A stretch of 64,000 nt of DNA from Neoconidiobolus thromboides FSU 785 (taxonomy: Eukaryota; Fungi; Entomophthoromycota): NCBI GenBank assembly GCA_025603075.1, contig MU626276.1, forward strand, positions 1 to 64,000. The letters are read 5' to 3'. The position numbers and the translations under genes are program-made. Shown in pieces: positions 51,483-63,701 of this stretch (positions are counted from its first letter, which is position 1; every line of letters begins with the position of its first letter). The notes below the pieces were generated by a model. That model made no database searches and was not told the origin of the DNA. It worked only from the letters and a program-made list of their open reading frames with translations.

Positions 51483-53983
51483 TTTGTTCATTTTTTGTAC
51501 ACAAAATTCCAAACATCATTACTAAATATAATACAACTTAAATTTTATAACAAAATTTAACACTTGGTAAGAATCCGTTGTACTTATTAACTTATCATAA
51601 CTCATTCTGTTTGTTATATATTTTAGGAAGCAGTAGTAGCGTAAATATGTGTGTTTAATAAGTATTATTGATTAATTTAGGAATACAATACATTTACAAA
51701 AACGCTATAAGTGATGTCTCTATTAGTCAAAAGTCAATTAAACAATTTAGAAAAAAATTGTCTACTTATAATTAACTTCTTTAAAAGTTTAAATAGTTTA
51801 TATTAAACTATTTTGATTAAGTTATAAACATTAACTTTTTAAATATAGTAATTTAAGAAGTTAAGTGAATCCATTTTCAATCCCTATTTTTTTCTTGATC
51901 TAATGAATGGATTATGCCTAAATTTATATAATTAGAATAGATTCTTACCCCCCTCCCCAGCATATAATTGATTTATAAAAAAGCGTAATCACGTTATAAA
52001 GGTATTAAGGAGCTATGTGGTGCATTACCTATACCACATAAATAGTTTTATCATCTTCTTATATTATATAATGATAAAAAAACGCCATTTTTAATTTATA
52101 AACTATCCTAACTATCTTTTCAACTGCAACTGGATAAAATATTTTAAATAAAAATTAAGAGTTAGTAACTCAAATAGATTTTTTGTATTAAAAATAGCCT
52201 CAGGGATGTTAATCAGGTTGAAAGAGTAATATAAATAACAAATATTAAGTGATCAAATGATCGTAGTACATGATAATTCTCTATAAAATTAGTAAAGTAA
52301 GCATGTTTAATTGATAGTTTTGGTGCAAAAATATTATGCTATTAATAGGATGATTTAATATGTGGTAATATTTTTCTGGAGAGAAAAAAGGAGTGTCAAC
52401 CCTAAGTTTGGTCATTGTAAAATTTAAAACGAGCTATACCAATTATTCTAGATTGTTTTTATTTGCTACCTTCGAAATTTTATTGTAAATCAAAATTCTT
52501 TTTTTCTCACCTTAGTTTGAGTCGATTTTATCCAGCCTATCATTGCCGACGCTTTTTATTGTTTAATCTCGAAAGTGTGGGGAAATATTGGAGCTAAAGT
52601 AAAGTAAAGAAACACTAATATGTCTCATCCAAATCTCCATGTTATTTGTTAGGTTTTAATGAAATTAATGTTTAAGGTGAACTTGAAATATTTTTGCTTT
52701 ATTTTTTATTATTGTAATTTGATATTTCTATTATATATCATCTATATAATTTCAAGGATAAATTAACATCTGCAGTCACGCTTTTGTGAAATAAGGGATT
52801 GTATTAATAAATTAAAATTAAATTCAATAATGTCATTCTTATACTTTTATTCTAAATTTTGTTGATTTTATTGATTTTAATTTAAAATGATGATTCATCA
52901 ATCGTTTATTTGGTAATTTGAGTAAATGAACAAAACTGATTGGCCTAAAATTGATTATCGAAATTTTTTGTTAAATTGATGGTGTCAAAATTGTATTAAA
53001 TTTTGGTTCCATTTTACTTATTTAGAAGAAATAAAAAAGTTAATGAATTTTTCGGAAAGTTTAGGGATCACATCATTTGACGACATACCTTACATAAATT
53101 TATCTGAGGATTAATTTTCAATTTATGCTGTAAGTTATGACTGAAGTCGTCTCATTTGCCCAAAACTTGGCACAGTTTGGTTCCTTTGCACTTTATGACC
53201 AAGCCTCACATGCAATTGATCAAAAGACCAAAGTTGATTTTATGATTTTTCGAACAAAATGAGGAATTATTTTCTTGTTAATTAATCTATTGATTGTTTC
53301 TTATTTATTTATATTAATTATAGTTTGAAATAGTTGTAAGTAATATTTTGAGTTATATGGTTGTTGGTACGACTTTGTTTATTTTTGTAGGAGAAATTTT
53401 AAAGTCGTCATGACTTAAGCTTAGCCACTGAATGATTGCCCCTTTCTTCGAACTGAAACATTCTATTAAGGTTAAATCAGGGCTAAATTGTTTATCAGTA
53501 ACTATTTATAGTAAAACTGAGTGAATTTTCGAAAAAATGGTTATACTAAAAAGGAGAAAGGACAGCTTAAAATTATTTAAATGATAACAACTGATTTGGG
53601 TAACATCTTGATCTGAAAATCAACGTAATTACTAAAAGATCATTCACCACACTATTCTCCCAACTGACCCCTTTCTTTAACTCCAACTCAAATTAAATAA
53701 GCTTAAATGTAGAAAATGATGATTTTATGAAAAAGTATTTAATAGGCCGAAGATCATTTTTAAAAACGATAAAGTTTCAAATTCCTTTTATTTTTTTTAT
53801 TGTTTTTTTATAAATTAACGTTACTATAGTCTTTTCAATTATTTTTTAAGAAATTAAAAGCAAACTTATCAATACCCTTGTTTATTTGTATTTTAAGATT
53901 ATACTACCATACCCTTTTAAAAGTACTTTGTTTTTTATTTAAGCGCTTCTCCAACTCACCACTTCAATCATAGCAATCACAGT

Positions 53984-55189
53984 ATGGATTTAAACAACGT
54001 AAACAACATCAAGTTTGAATCACCAGTACAATCAAACTTCAAGTATACAGAAAATGTACAGCTCATGCAACGTCTACCACTTCCTTTAAATATATCTAAC
54101 CCTATTTCTGTGCCACCAGCACCAGCACCAGCACCAAAAGTAACATGTCTTCAGGTTAAGCTTGCCAAATATGCCACTTCTCTTGATCCTAGAGGATTTA
54201 TACCTGTTTATGAATATACAATTAACTCACAACCAATACTTTGGGACCGTGAAACTGGATACGTATACTGGACTGGTGTATGGAAAGCAGTTGGAAGAGA
54301 AAAAGGAGAAATAGCCAAACTTGTTGACGCAGATCCAGCCATGGCCAATGTTATTAAAAAAATCCGTGGTGGATTCCTTAAAATTCAAGGTACTTGGATA
54401 CCGTTTGAAAATGCACGCTCATTAGCTATCCTTACATGCTGGCCCATACGTGAAGAACTAGCCGTTATCTTTGGGCCAACATTTATTGATGAAGCAGTTG
54501 ATCCATCAGACTCACGTTACCTAAGACCACCTGTTCCCAGTGGCGAACCAAAAATCCGTAATTCGGATAATATTAAAAAGGCCAAAGCTATTGGTCCAAA
54601 AAAACCAAGAAAAAATCATTCCGCCAGCATTGCTTTACTTCAACCTGGACCTTTGAAAATCTCGCCAGGCCCAATTAGAAGCCGCTCTCAATGGCATACA
54701 ACTAAAAATTTAGATATATCTTCTCGTATGAAAATGAAACCTTCTAAAATACCCTCATTTAGCTCGGTACCAGGGACATCTTATGAACATGACAAGAGTT
54801 GGAAGCACCAAAACCAACCTATACATTTACCACCCTTAAAATTGGCAACTAATGATTACTTTTCGAGACCTATTTATCATAGTTCTAATCAGTTACCAGG
54901 AATGGATTCTTTTATTAAAGGTTCCAATGACTCTTCTTCTCCCTTACACACTACCCCAGTTTCTACTGATGCTAGTTTCGGTCAGATTACTTGTTCCGAA
55001 GATTTTTTTGTTGACCCAAAAAGATTGGATGAAGCTATCAATGCCTCTCTTTTACTTCAGAGGCTTTCTCAAGATGATGGCACTGCTATCTCACGCAAAA
55101 CTACCTTTAAGGCACCAACTAGCTTTTCAATCGGGGGATCTGAGTTCCGACTTGTTGAACATAAGTATCAGCCAGTAGATTTAAAATAA
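53984..55189 (+). CDS. APSES (KilA-N) transcription factor, Xbp1-like
   Basis: VYEYTINSQPILWDRETGYVYWTGVWKAVG...KIRGGFLKIQGTWIPFENARSLA..TCWPIREELAVIFGPTF matches the Xbp1-type APSES domain. Intronless, with a Pro/Ser-rich tail. Confidence 0.88.
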   Translation: MDLNNVNNIKFESPVQSNFKYTENVQLMQRLPLPLNISNPISVPPAPAPAPKVTCLQVKLAKYATSLDPRGFIPVYEYTINSQPILWDRETGYVYWTGVWKAVGREKGEIAKLVDADPAMANVIKKIRGGFLKIQGTWIPFENARSLAILTCWPIREELAVIFGPTFIDEAVDPSDSRYLRPPVPSGEPKIRNSDNIKKAKAIGPKKPRKNHSASIALLQPGPLKISPGPIRSRSQWHTTKNLDISSRMKMKPSKIPSFSSVPGTSYEHDKSWKHQNQPIHLPPLKLATNDYFSRPIYHSSNQLPGMDSFIKGSNDSSSPLHTTPVSTDASFGQITCSEDFFVDPKRLDEAINASLLLQRLSQDDGTAISRKTTFKAPTSFSIGGSEFRLVEHKYQPVDLK

Positions 55190-56269
55190 GTGAATCTACT
55201 TGTATTGTATTATTATAAATTGAATAGTTTCAACTATCAATTTTCAGTTTCTTTCATTATACTACTAATTTATTTGTGCTTACAAATAGCAAGTTTAAAT
55301 AAAGTTTTTTTACTTTAAAATTTCATACGTCATTAAATATCTTTTATGTTTGTTAATTTCAATAGAATTAGTATAGTAAAAGTATACATTGTATATCTAG
55401 TTTATTTTAAATAACTTGAACTTTTGTAATATAAAGGTTTAATTGTTTATTTGATTTTAGTTACGACTTAAACTCATTTCTTTTTTCAATTGAACAATAG
55501 CTCTTTTTACATAATATTATTTTAAATTAATTAATGTGGAGATTTAAAACTAGCTAAGCTTTAGGAGGAGGTGAATATTACAAAAAAATAAAAAATGATA
55601 GTTTCAAAGAAACTAAGCAAAAATTAAGATTTATTCTATTTTATAAATCAAAGTTTATAAAAAAAATTATAGTGATTAATTGAATTAAATGCTTTAATTA
55701 AAACATAATTAAAAAATATAAGAGTGAACATTTAATATATATAAAGTTGGTGTATATAAAATTCAATAGTTAAGTGTTCATATTTTGCTTATTATTTACT
55801 TTGAAGTTTCTATAAGTTTCTTTTATTAAATTAAATTAACTAATATTTATTTTAATGTGTTATGTAATGTCACATTTCCCTACATTCTTTTATAAATTTT
55901 GTACTTAAAAATCTAAAAAGTGCAACACGATACCTTAATATTAAAAAAAATATTAACTAAATAGAAATTGCTTTTTCAAATCAAACTTTAATTATTTATT
56001 TCATTTGTAATAATAACATAAGTTTTGGTTTTTTTATCCGTAAAAATTTTATTAAAAAAAGAAACAATACATGTATTCATATGTTTTGAAAGTATTTTGA
56101 AATATAACTTTTATTATTGTTTCTTGAAAACAAGTCTAAACATTGATTTCAAAATCTTTGGTTTTTAAAATTAACTTTACATACCTATAGTTAAATCTTT
56201 TTAAATAAGAAATGCATATAGTAAAACATTGTATAATATCAATTTCTTAAAAAACAAGGCTTGAGTATA

Positions 56270-56380
56270 TAGGGATGTATTTTTGTATTTAAGAATTTTA
56301 TTACCAATTTTTCCATCTCTAGGCGCTATTTGAGTGGAAAAATTGGTAATAAAATTCTTAAATACAAAAATACATCCCCA
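56270..56380. mobile_element. MITE-like element, copy L, fully symmetric hairpin variant
   Basis: Perfect 44-bp inverted arms at 56272-56315 and 56335-56378 around a 19-nt loop, flanked by TA/TA. Confidence 0.9.
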
Positions 56381-56428
56381 TATTTTAAAAAGATTATATC
56401 AAAAAGTGTTAAAATTATGATTTTTATG

Positions 56429-56529
56429 TGGAGATGGATTTTTTTGTTTAAGAATCTTATTAATAATTTTTCCACTCAAGTAGCGCTTAAAAGATGGAAA
56501 AGGTGATGAAGCCAAAAAAAACATCCCCA
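56429..56529. mobile_element. MITE-like foldback element, copy M
   Basis: TGGAGATGGATTTT...AAAAAACATCCCCA, flanked by TG/TG. Confidence 0.85.
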
Positions 56530-56736
56530 TGTCTTTTTTTAACCTTTGACAACTCTTTTATTTTACAATACTAAAAATTAAAAAAAACACAAATAACGTT
56601 TGAACACTGCTTAACTTATCACTGCCTTTTTGTTTATCTTTTTTCATTATTTTTTTGTAAGACCTTTGAGGTTGTTATTTTAAACTAAAAACACCCTGTA
56701 TAAATAACATTTTATACTTTCAAATAATTATCAATA

Positions 56737-56837
56737 TAGGGATGTTTTTTTTAGCTTCAGCATTTTTTCCATCTTTTAAGCGCTACTTGAGTGGAAAAAT
56801 TATTAATAAGATTCTTGAATACAAAAATACATTCCCA
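56737..56837. mobile_element. MITE-like foldback element, copy N (inverted near-twin of M)
   Basis: TAGGGATGTTTT...AAAAATACATTCCCA, flanked by TA/TA. Its core matches the reverse complement of M. Confidence 0.85.
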
Positions 56838-57360
56838 TATGCTTTTTAGTTAATTATAAATTAAAATATACAAATATAAAATAAACTAAAATATAACAAG
56901 TTTTTATAACTTATACGATTCAGATATTAGCTTTTTTAGAACCAAAGTGCAACATATTCAAAATGTAAAGAAAATCCGTATAATCTTATTATTTTGTTTT
57001 AAAAATCAACAATTTAATATTTTATATTTATAAAATTGTAAACAGTATAACTGAGTCTTTAATGTGCATACATAATAATACACCGGTAATATTATTAATT
57101 TATTTAAATGTCATGGGATATAACTCTCTATCTGTTCTATCTACTAACTGTTGAAGCTATATGTTCAATGTGATCTTTTGTATAGCTTTTATAGCTTAGG
57201 AAGGCCTAAGTTTGATTACAAACAGGTTTTATAAGAAGTACAGAAAATGAAATAGTTTTCCTCCAGGACTTAATATATAAGAACAAGATAATAATAAACA
57301 CTATGAATATTTTGATATTACCTATACTACTGAACAAAGAGTAATCAAAATGGATTTTGA

Positions 57361-58110
57361 GATGTTACAATAATTAATGGTTACTTTCAATTGTTTTTGT
57401 TATTTATAACCATCAGTGACCTTAGTTATTAAATGATTTTACACTTGTTTTATTCAACTGACAGTTGATCTCAATTCATTATTAAACGTATACTATCTGT
57501 ATTATTACAAGAAGATTTATTAAAAAGAACATATACTCTGCTCTCTTGATTTTAATAACTCTTGATTTATTTCTTTATAAACAAAATCCAGTCTTTCAAG
57601 AGTTACTTCCGGTTACTCTAATACACTGTTTATTGAAATAGGCTCTAATTTAGCATTCATTTGGCTCTTAATATTTTTTTATTCCTGTGAAAGCATATTA
57701 TTAGTTTCTTCAGTAGTACTCTAAGCTCGAAAGTTATTTGCTTTGCCGAAAACAAATGATAATAATTTCTTTTATCTAATATTTGTGGGCTACCAATGAA
57801 TCCTTTTTCTTGATTTCGAACAATTGTCTATTACTAAAGTTAGAGAATGACTGTCTTAATCTACTCTTTGAACTCATCCATCAATCCTATGTTGGTATTA
57901 ATAAAATTCAGGAGATTCAATGATCAATTTAATATTCTTTTAAAATCTCTGATGTTTGTTGTTTTCTATATTCTTCTGTGTTTGTTTTTCATCTATTTCT
58001 ATGTTCATTTCTCTTTTCATAATCACTTATTCCTAAATTTTTGCATACTTTTTTTTATTAATCTCTTACATGCTACTTACTTCCTTTTAGTTTATAGTTT
58101 CTTTTAATAT
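57361..58110 (-). pseudogene. Possible decayed Lys/Glu-rich coding relic, unidentified
   Basis: Strong purine skew on the minus strand. The frame reads e.g. KSQMNAKLEPISINSVLE*PEVTLERLDFVYKEINQELLKSREQ with scattered stops and at least one frameshift. Confidence 0.3.
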
Positions 58111-58130
58111 ATATTTTTATAAATAATATA

Positions 58131-58231
58131 TGGGAGTGTTTTTTTTGATTTCATTACTTTTTCCATTTTTTAAGCGTTATTTAGGTGGAAAATTTGTTAG
58201 TGAAATTCTTAAACACAAAAACACATTGCCA
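58131..58231. mobile_element. MITE-like foldback element, copy O
   Basis: TGGGAGTGTTTT...AAAACACATTGCCA, flanked by TA/TA. It abuts or interrupts the relic sequence. Confidence 0.85.
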
Positions 58232-59988
58232 TATTGTAATAGAGTAATTGATAGCCAACTTGCTCGGTTATTTCTTTTTAGCCTTTAATTGTTTGAGTAC
58301 CACTTTTCATAAATTATATCTAGCCTCGTTGTCTACTTTATAAGGAGATTGGTTAAGAAATATTTAAACCACTTTCTTTCATACTTATTTATTACAAGTC
58401 TAAGACTTTTCCCAATTCACTTCCTTTTTTTAGTAATATTGCCCTTAAAGTGCCTCAATTAATAAACAATTGGTGTATTGTATCATTTGAAGAATTTAGT
58501 TGTTCAATGCTAATTGATAGACTCTTTATGATCTTACGGTTTTTTATACTATATTTTTGAGACTTAATACCTTTTAGTTTCCCATTGCTTCGCCCCCTTA
58601 CTCCTTATGACATTGAGCTTAAAATTCAAATACAGCCTAGTTTCTTTAAAAATGAAAGTGGGTAGCTCTATTTCCTTGTTGATTGAAAGCTTATTAGCTA
58701 TAAAGTTTAGATTTAGAAGGTTTTAGCTTATCGTTCTGAGGAATTCTTAGTATTGATTTTGGTTCCTTATTATCAGTACTAGAGTAAATACACTCGACCC
58801 ATTTTATGTAAATTTATGATAGTAATCCTATATACTCCTTTGATTTTATTCATGGTTAATGAATAGTCAGAGTTAAATGGTAAAAGATAGAACTTAAAAA
58901 GATCATATATTGGAAATTATCTTTAAATATGGGATTCTAGCTTCTAATCCACTCTTTTATATTGACTATTGGGTTTCTCAGCTTTTAATTTCCATTTTCT
59001 AAATTTTGGCCCTATAAAAAGATGAACTTTTAAAATTTACAAAATAATTATATATCAAAAGCAACTTACCTTTGAAGTCTATAGAGTTTTATTTGAATTA
59101 ATGAGATGAATAAAGAAACACTCAAAATTAAATGGTATTAAACAAAGGAAGTTAACAGTAATCATATATAAGACACAATAAACTTTAATGTTTAGGGCTG
59201 ATACATGTTCTAACTTTTAAAATGTGAATTTTTTAATAAGTTAATAAATTTTTAAATAAACTTCATATTATATGAAAAAAGAAACGTTTGAACTTAATTA
59301 TTTTATTGAGAAAAATGTTTGAGACATTTTATCAAAGATCAAAGGAATGATATAAAAACTATAAAAGAGTTTCTTTAAAGTTGATATTTAACTTACCATT
59401 TAATAAAAAATTGGTGAAAGCATTAATCATTATTCTTTACTGTATTATTATTCAACTCAACAATGTATTGTTTACTTCATGAATAATATACAGCCTTAAT
59501 TTAAGATGAACTTTGAATATTTTTACAAAAAAAGTTAATTACACGTAAATGAACAAAAATATTGATCACTATTTAATATTGGTTTCTTTGCTTTATAATT
59601 GCTCAAACTTCTACTTTTCGAGAAAGTTGTTTATTATAGATATAATATTCTTGATGAGTCATATATATTTTATTATAACTTTGAGATTAATTTATGCTGA
59701 AAGTTGACTTTGATAAACTCTAGGATTTACTATAAAGAACAATTATCATCGGTTTTGAAATGTACATCCAATTCTATTAATCCAAATCTTAAAACTTATT
59801 AATAATGAAAGCTCCATTTTACTGACATTCATGCCTAAACTTTTATGAATAAAAGTTGATCCAATTAACCTCCTAATAATCAATCGACAAACAAAATTGA
59901 AAACATTTTACCTAACACTTAAATTATATTTTTTTATTAATACAGTATATTCATGGTGAAATACTATATATAAAAAGTAACATATCAC

Positions 59989-60334
59989 TTAGATGTTTAA
60001 CTTAGTACGCTTCCAGTGACGACGTTTAGCGTTATACCTATAAATATTTAATATAATCCATTATTTAATTTAAATCTACTTACTTGATCTTGTTGTCAGT
60101 ACGAAGACGAATCCAGTTAGGGAGAGGACGATTTTGTTTTTGGCTTCTACCAATTATACGTTTGGTACGGAATGACTTGTTAGATGGCTACAAATATACA
60201 TTTAATACCATAGTCTTGATATTTTTGTTTCTTCTCCATTTGTTATGACTTTAATTCATTGATTCATAGACCTATACTTATGTTATAGGCCCACTAGTCT
60301 AATTGCAAGATGGATGTATAGGTTCACTTACCAT
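59989..60334 (-). CDS. RPL39: 60S ribosomal protein L39 (51 aa), 3 exons; absent from the ORF track
   Basis: ATG-only first coding exon (60332-60334), intron 60188-60331, [35 protein letters not shown], intron 60038-60083, then [15 protein letters not shown]. Confidence 0.97.
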
Positions 60335-60444
60335 TTTTACTATGTAAAACCGTCTGAAGAGAAGGAAGCCAATTTTTGTCTAATTCCTAATCACTTTTGC
60401 TTGGATTTTAAAATTGAATCCAAACTACCAATTTACTGCTTAAA

Positions 60445-60455
60445 AGCCAATCAAA
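60445..60455 (+). promoter_or_regulatory. CCAAT box (AGCCAATCAAA) upstream of RPL39
   Basis: The same 11-mer as in the DBP2 promoter, about 110 bp upstream of the RPL39 ATG. Confidence 0.55.
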
Positions 60456-62518
60456 ACTGAGATATTGTTAATAAAATTGAGATAGAATAAAACTATTGCA
60501 GTGAAGTTTGAAATTGTTTTAATATTTTGATTATTAAGTTTTATTGTAATCTATGATTTATAATAATTATATATTTTAAGTACTAGCCATCTTTTATTGT
60601 GAAAGGTGTAATTTCAAACCTTAGATTTTATCATATTACTTTAAATTTAAAAAGTTATCATATTAAAATCATTTTATTACTTGTTTAATATTTATAAAAT
60701 ATAAATGTTAAATCAAATAAGTTTGTAATTAATTAGTTTTATTTATCGATTTTTTGGTTTAAATATCTTATATATAATTCAACAATGAACTTATTATGAC
60801 TTTTGGACCAAATATTCAATGCTCTTTCACATTTGATTTTTAATCATACACTATATAAATCATTATTATATTACGTAAAATTTGTATATTTTGTATGATA
60901 TTTTTTCATACTATTGTATTGTAATTTATATACTTGATCTTGTTTTTTTGTAAATGGTTTAAGATTTCAATTTATAAATCATTCACTTATGATGTGATAT
61001 TATAATTTTTTATATAATTTTTTTAAGCTTTAATCATAGGAATAAATCATTGTATGAAGAATATGAGCATTGTTATAAGGAAATTAAATATTAAAAAAAT
61101 AAACATATTTCAAAAACTTATAATCCATACTCCATTTAGTAACGGTTTTTTAATATCTAAAATAAGAATGATAACTTTATCATGTATTAAAGAAATTATA
61201 GCAGTGGTACTTCAAGATTTTTTTATCATGATAAACTTTTCGTTTAACATATTCCCTTTTAAACACTCAGAATACTATAAGCTATCCCGTAACATAGGGC
61301 CAGCAACTTCTAACTTGAACATTTTATCAATGTTTAAATAGAATAATCAAAAGGTCTTTGAAAATGAAAACAGATAACAATACCTATATTACTCAGTGTA
61401 GTTTTTATATAATAGCATATTACCTATCTTAAATAACCAACGTAATGGATGGTGTTATTTGCTATAAAATTAATTATAGAGTATAGTTATTTTATAGCTA
61501 ATTCCACTTCGCTATTCTAAAATTACATCAAATTTTATATAAACTGGAAATATATTTAACCAGTATCTTCCACTCAATTTAAATAAAATAAATGTTTAAC
61601 TTACCTAAATGTACAGTTGAGTATAACGTGACATTTGAGTGTAATAGACTATTTTCTTTGACTAATTTCTATACTATTAACCGTTAAATTCTTCAATCAA
61701 TTTGTATACTGAATTTTAAGTACATTCACATTCTATTTTTTTACAGGTTTGATGCTGCCTTTAAATTCTAGATGAGTTCAATTGAAATTGGCTTAGTAAA
61801 ATATTATGCAAATGAATTCCTTCTTACTTATAAGATCCAATCTCTTTTGGACATCCCCTTTAACTGTTTTATAACATTCCAACTTGATTGAAACAAAATT
61901 CTTTAGGCTTAATTTTTTTAAACGAGCTTTACATAGTCCAATAAGAAATCTACGAATATTAATTCATCGAAAAACCATATTTTTATAAGCTAAAATTATT
62001 GCACTAAAATTATTATTGTGTGTTAGTAAATATTGGAAAAAACCAATTGATTTTAGTTTGTGTTATCGAGCCATTTTATGAAAATTTATTGTTATTACTT
62101 ATACATGTATTTAGATATGAATGATTATAATGTATCAATACTATTACTAATAATCTATTTTTTTATCTCAGAGTCAAATTGTTTTTACCAAGTAGCGAAA
62201 ATGACTTTTTGTTAATTATTTTCTTGCAGTTAAATTTACAAATTCTTTAAATAAACTAAATCATAATTTGTTGCTTCTAAAATCAAAAAATAGCATGTGA
62301 TAAAATTGTATTGTATTATTGTAAGTCTATCATTTAAATCAAGTGAAGCGACTTTTGTAAAACTTTGAATATTTAATTGATAATAAATGTTGAAAATTCA
62401 TTGAGTTTTGATATGAAATTTTTGTTCAAAAGGTTTCATATATACAAAGCTGAGAATAAATGGCTCTACGTTGAAGGTGAAAAGTGGTTACTCAGTTGAT
62501 AGTGAATAGCTTGATTGC

Positions 62519-63701
62519 TTAATATTGGTAACGTGGTGGACGTGGGTCTCCACGTGGCCCTGGGTAACGATCAACTGGACCACGGGGCTCACGGGGATGG
62601 GCTGGAGCTCTTTCTCTATCGAAAGGAGCTGATACTGGGGCGCGAGGTTCGTGTTCACGGGGGTGCTCAGGGTAACGTTCACGAGGTGGTGGAGGGGCGC
62701 GGAAATCACGAGGCTCACGGGGTTCACGAGGTTCGCGGGGCTCGCGTTCACCACGTGAGTAATTACCCATTGGTGGCTCCCTTGGATCACGAGGTGGGTA
62801 AGGGCGATCATTACGTGGATAATAGTCACGTCGAGGTGGGAAAGGGCGATCACGCCCACCTCTTCCACTATTGAATGGCTCACGTTCACTAAATCTTGAA
62901 CGATAGCCAGAACCTCTATCACGAGAATAGAAATCTCTTGGTGGATAATCACGAGGATAATGGCCTCTATGTTGACGATCGCCAAAGCCACGGCCGTGAT
63001 GACCACCGTAGAAATCTCTACGATCGGGGTAATGGCCAAAGCGGTTTCGATAAAGTGGTCTAGTGCCAGAGTAGCGTCCAGGAGTTGGGGAACGAGGTTT
63101 AGTACGACGTGACTTTTCAACCACAAGAGGTGACCCATCTAAAATAAGATTAGCGCATTTTGCTACAGCATTATCAGCTTCTTCAATGTCTTCAAAAGTG
63201 ATAAAAGCAAAGCCACGAGATTCCTTAGTATGCGGGTCAACAACAAGGTGGCAGTTAGCAATCTAGAGTATATAGTTAGTGTATTTGTTATTAAATTGAA
63301 AAAATGTTACTTTTCCATACTTGGAGAACTCGCCAATTAAAGTTTCTTCAGTAGTTTTGAAGGATAACTTAGAAATGTAGATAGTTGGGATTTGATTGTC
63401 GCTATCACCACTAAAAATATTAATAACTTATTTGACAATTTGAATAAGACTACTTGTAGCCATTCCCTTGAAAGTTGTCGTCACCATTGCCTTGAGATTG
63501 AGGGTTATCATTAGCTTGACCAGATCTTTGGTTTTGATTATCGAAGCCGTTGTCATAAGCTTGACCATAGCTTCGATTATCATTATATGAGTCTTTTTGA
63601 TTAGAGAAAGAATTCATGGCGTCCGAATTTGGGTTTGTGCTAGATTTTTGATTGGATACTTCGTTGGTAGTGTAAGTAGATTCGACTCTTGTGTGATCCA
63701 T
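62519..63701 (-). CDS. Transformer-2-like RRM splicing factor with Arg/Asp/Glu/Pro-rich tail, 3 exons
   Basis: ATG at 63701; introns 63411-63453 and 63263-63310. RNP2 IYISKL and RNP1 RGFAFITF are followed by VEKSRRTKPRSPTPGRYSG, the Tra2 post-RRM (T/S)PTPG.Y.G signature. Tail has (REP)n and RD repeats. Confidence 0.88.

Noticed and set aside
61050-61600. Plus-strand frame rich in TAA codons as evidence of RIP (CAA>TAA)
   Set aside because: Stop frequency is about what random DNA of this AT content gives, so RIP cannot be claimed from it.
62488-63138. 216-aa alternative-frame ORF and 119-aa antisense ORF over the Tra2-like tail
   Set aside because: Explained by repetitive CGT-GAR-CCY codons. 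The main frame splices correctly to the RRM and has the Tra2 signature.
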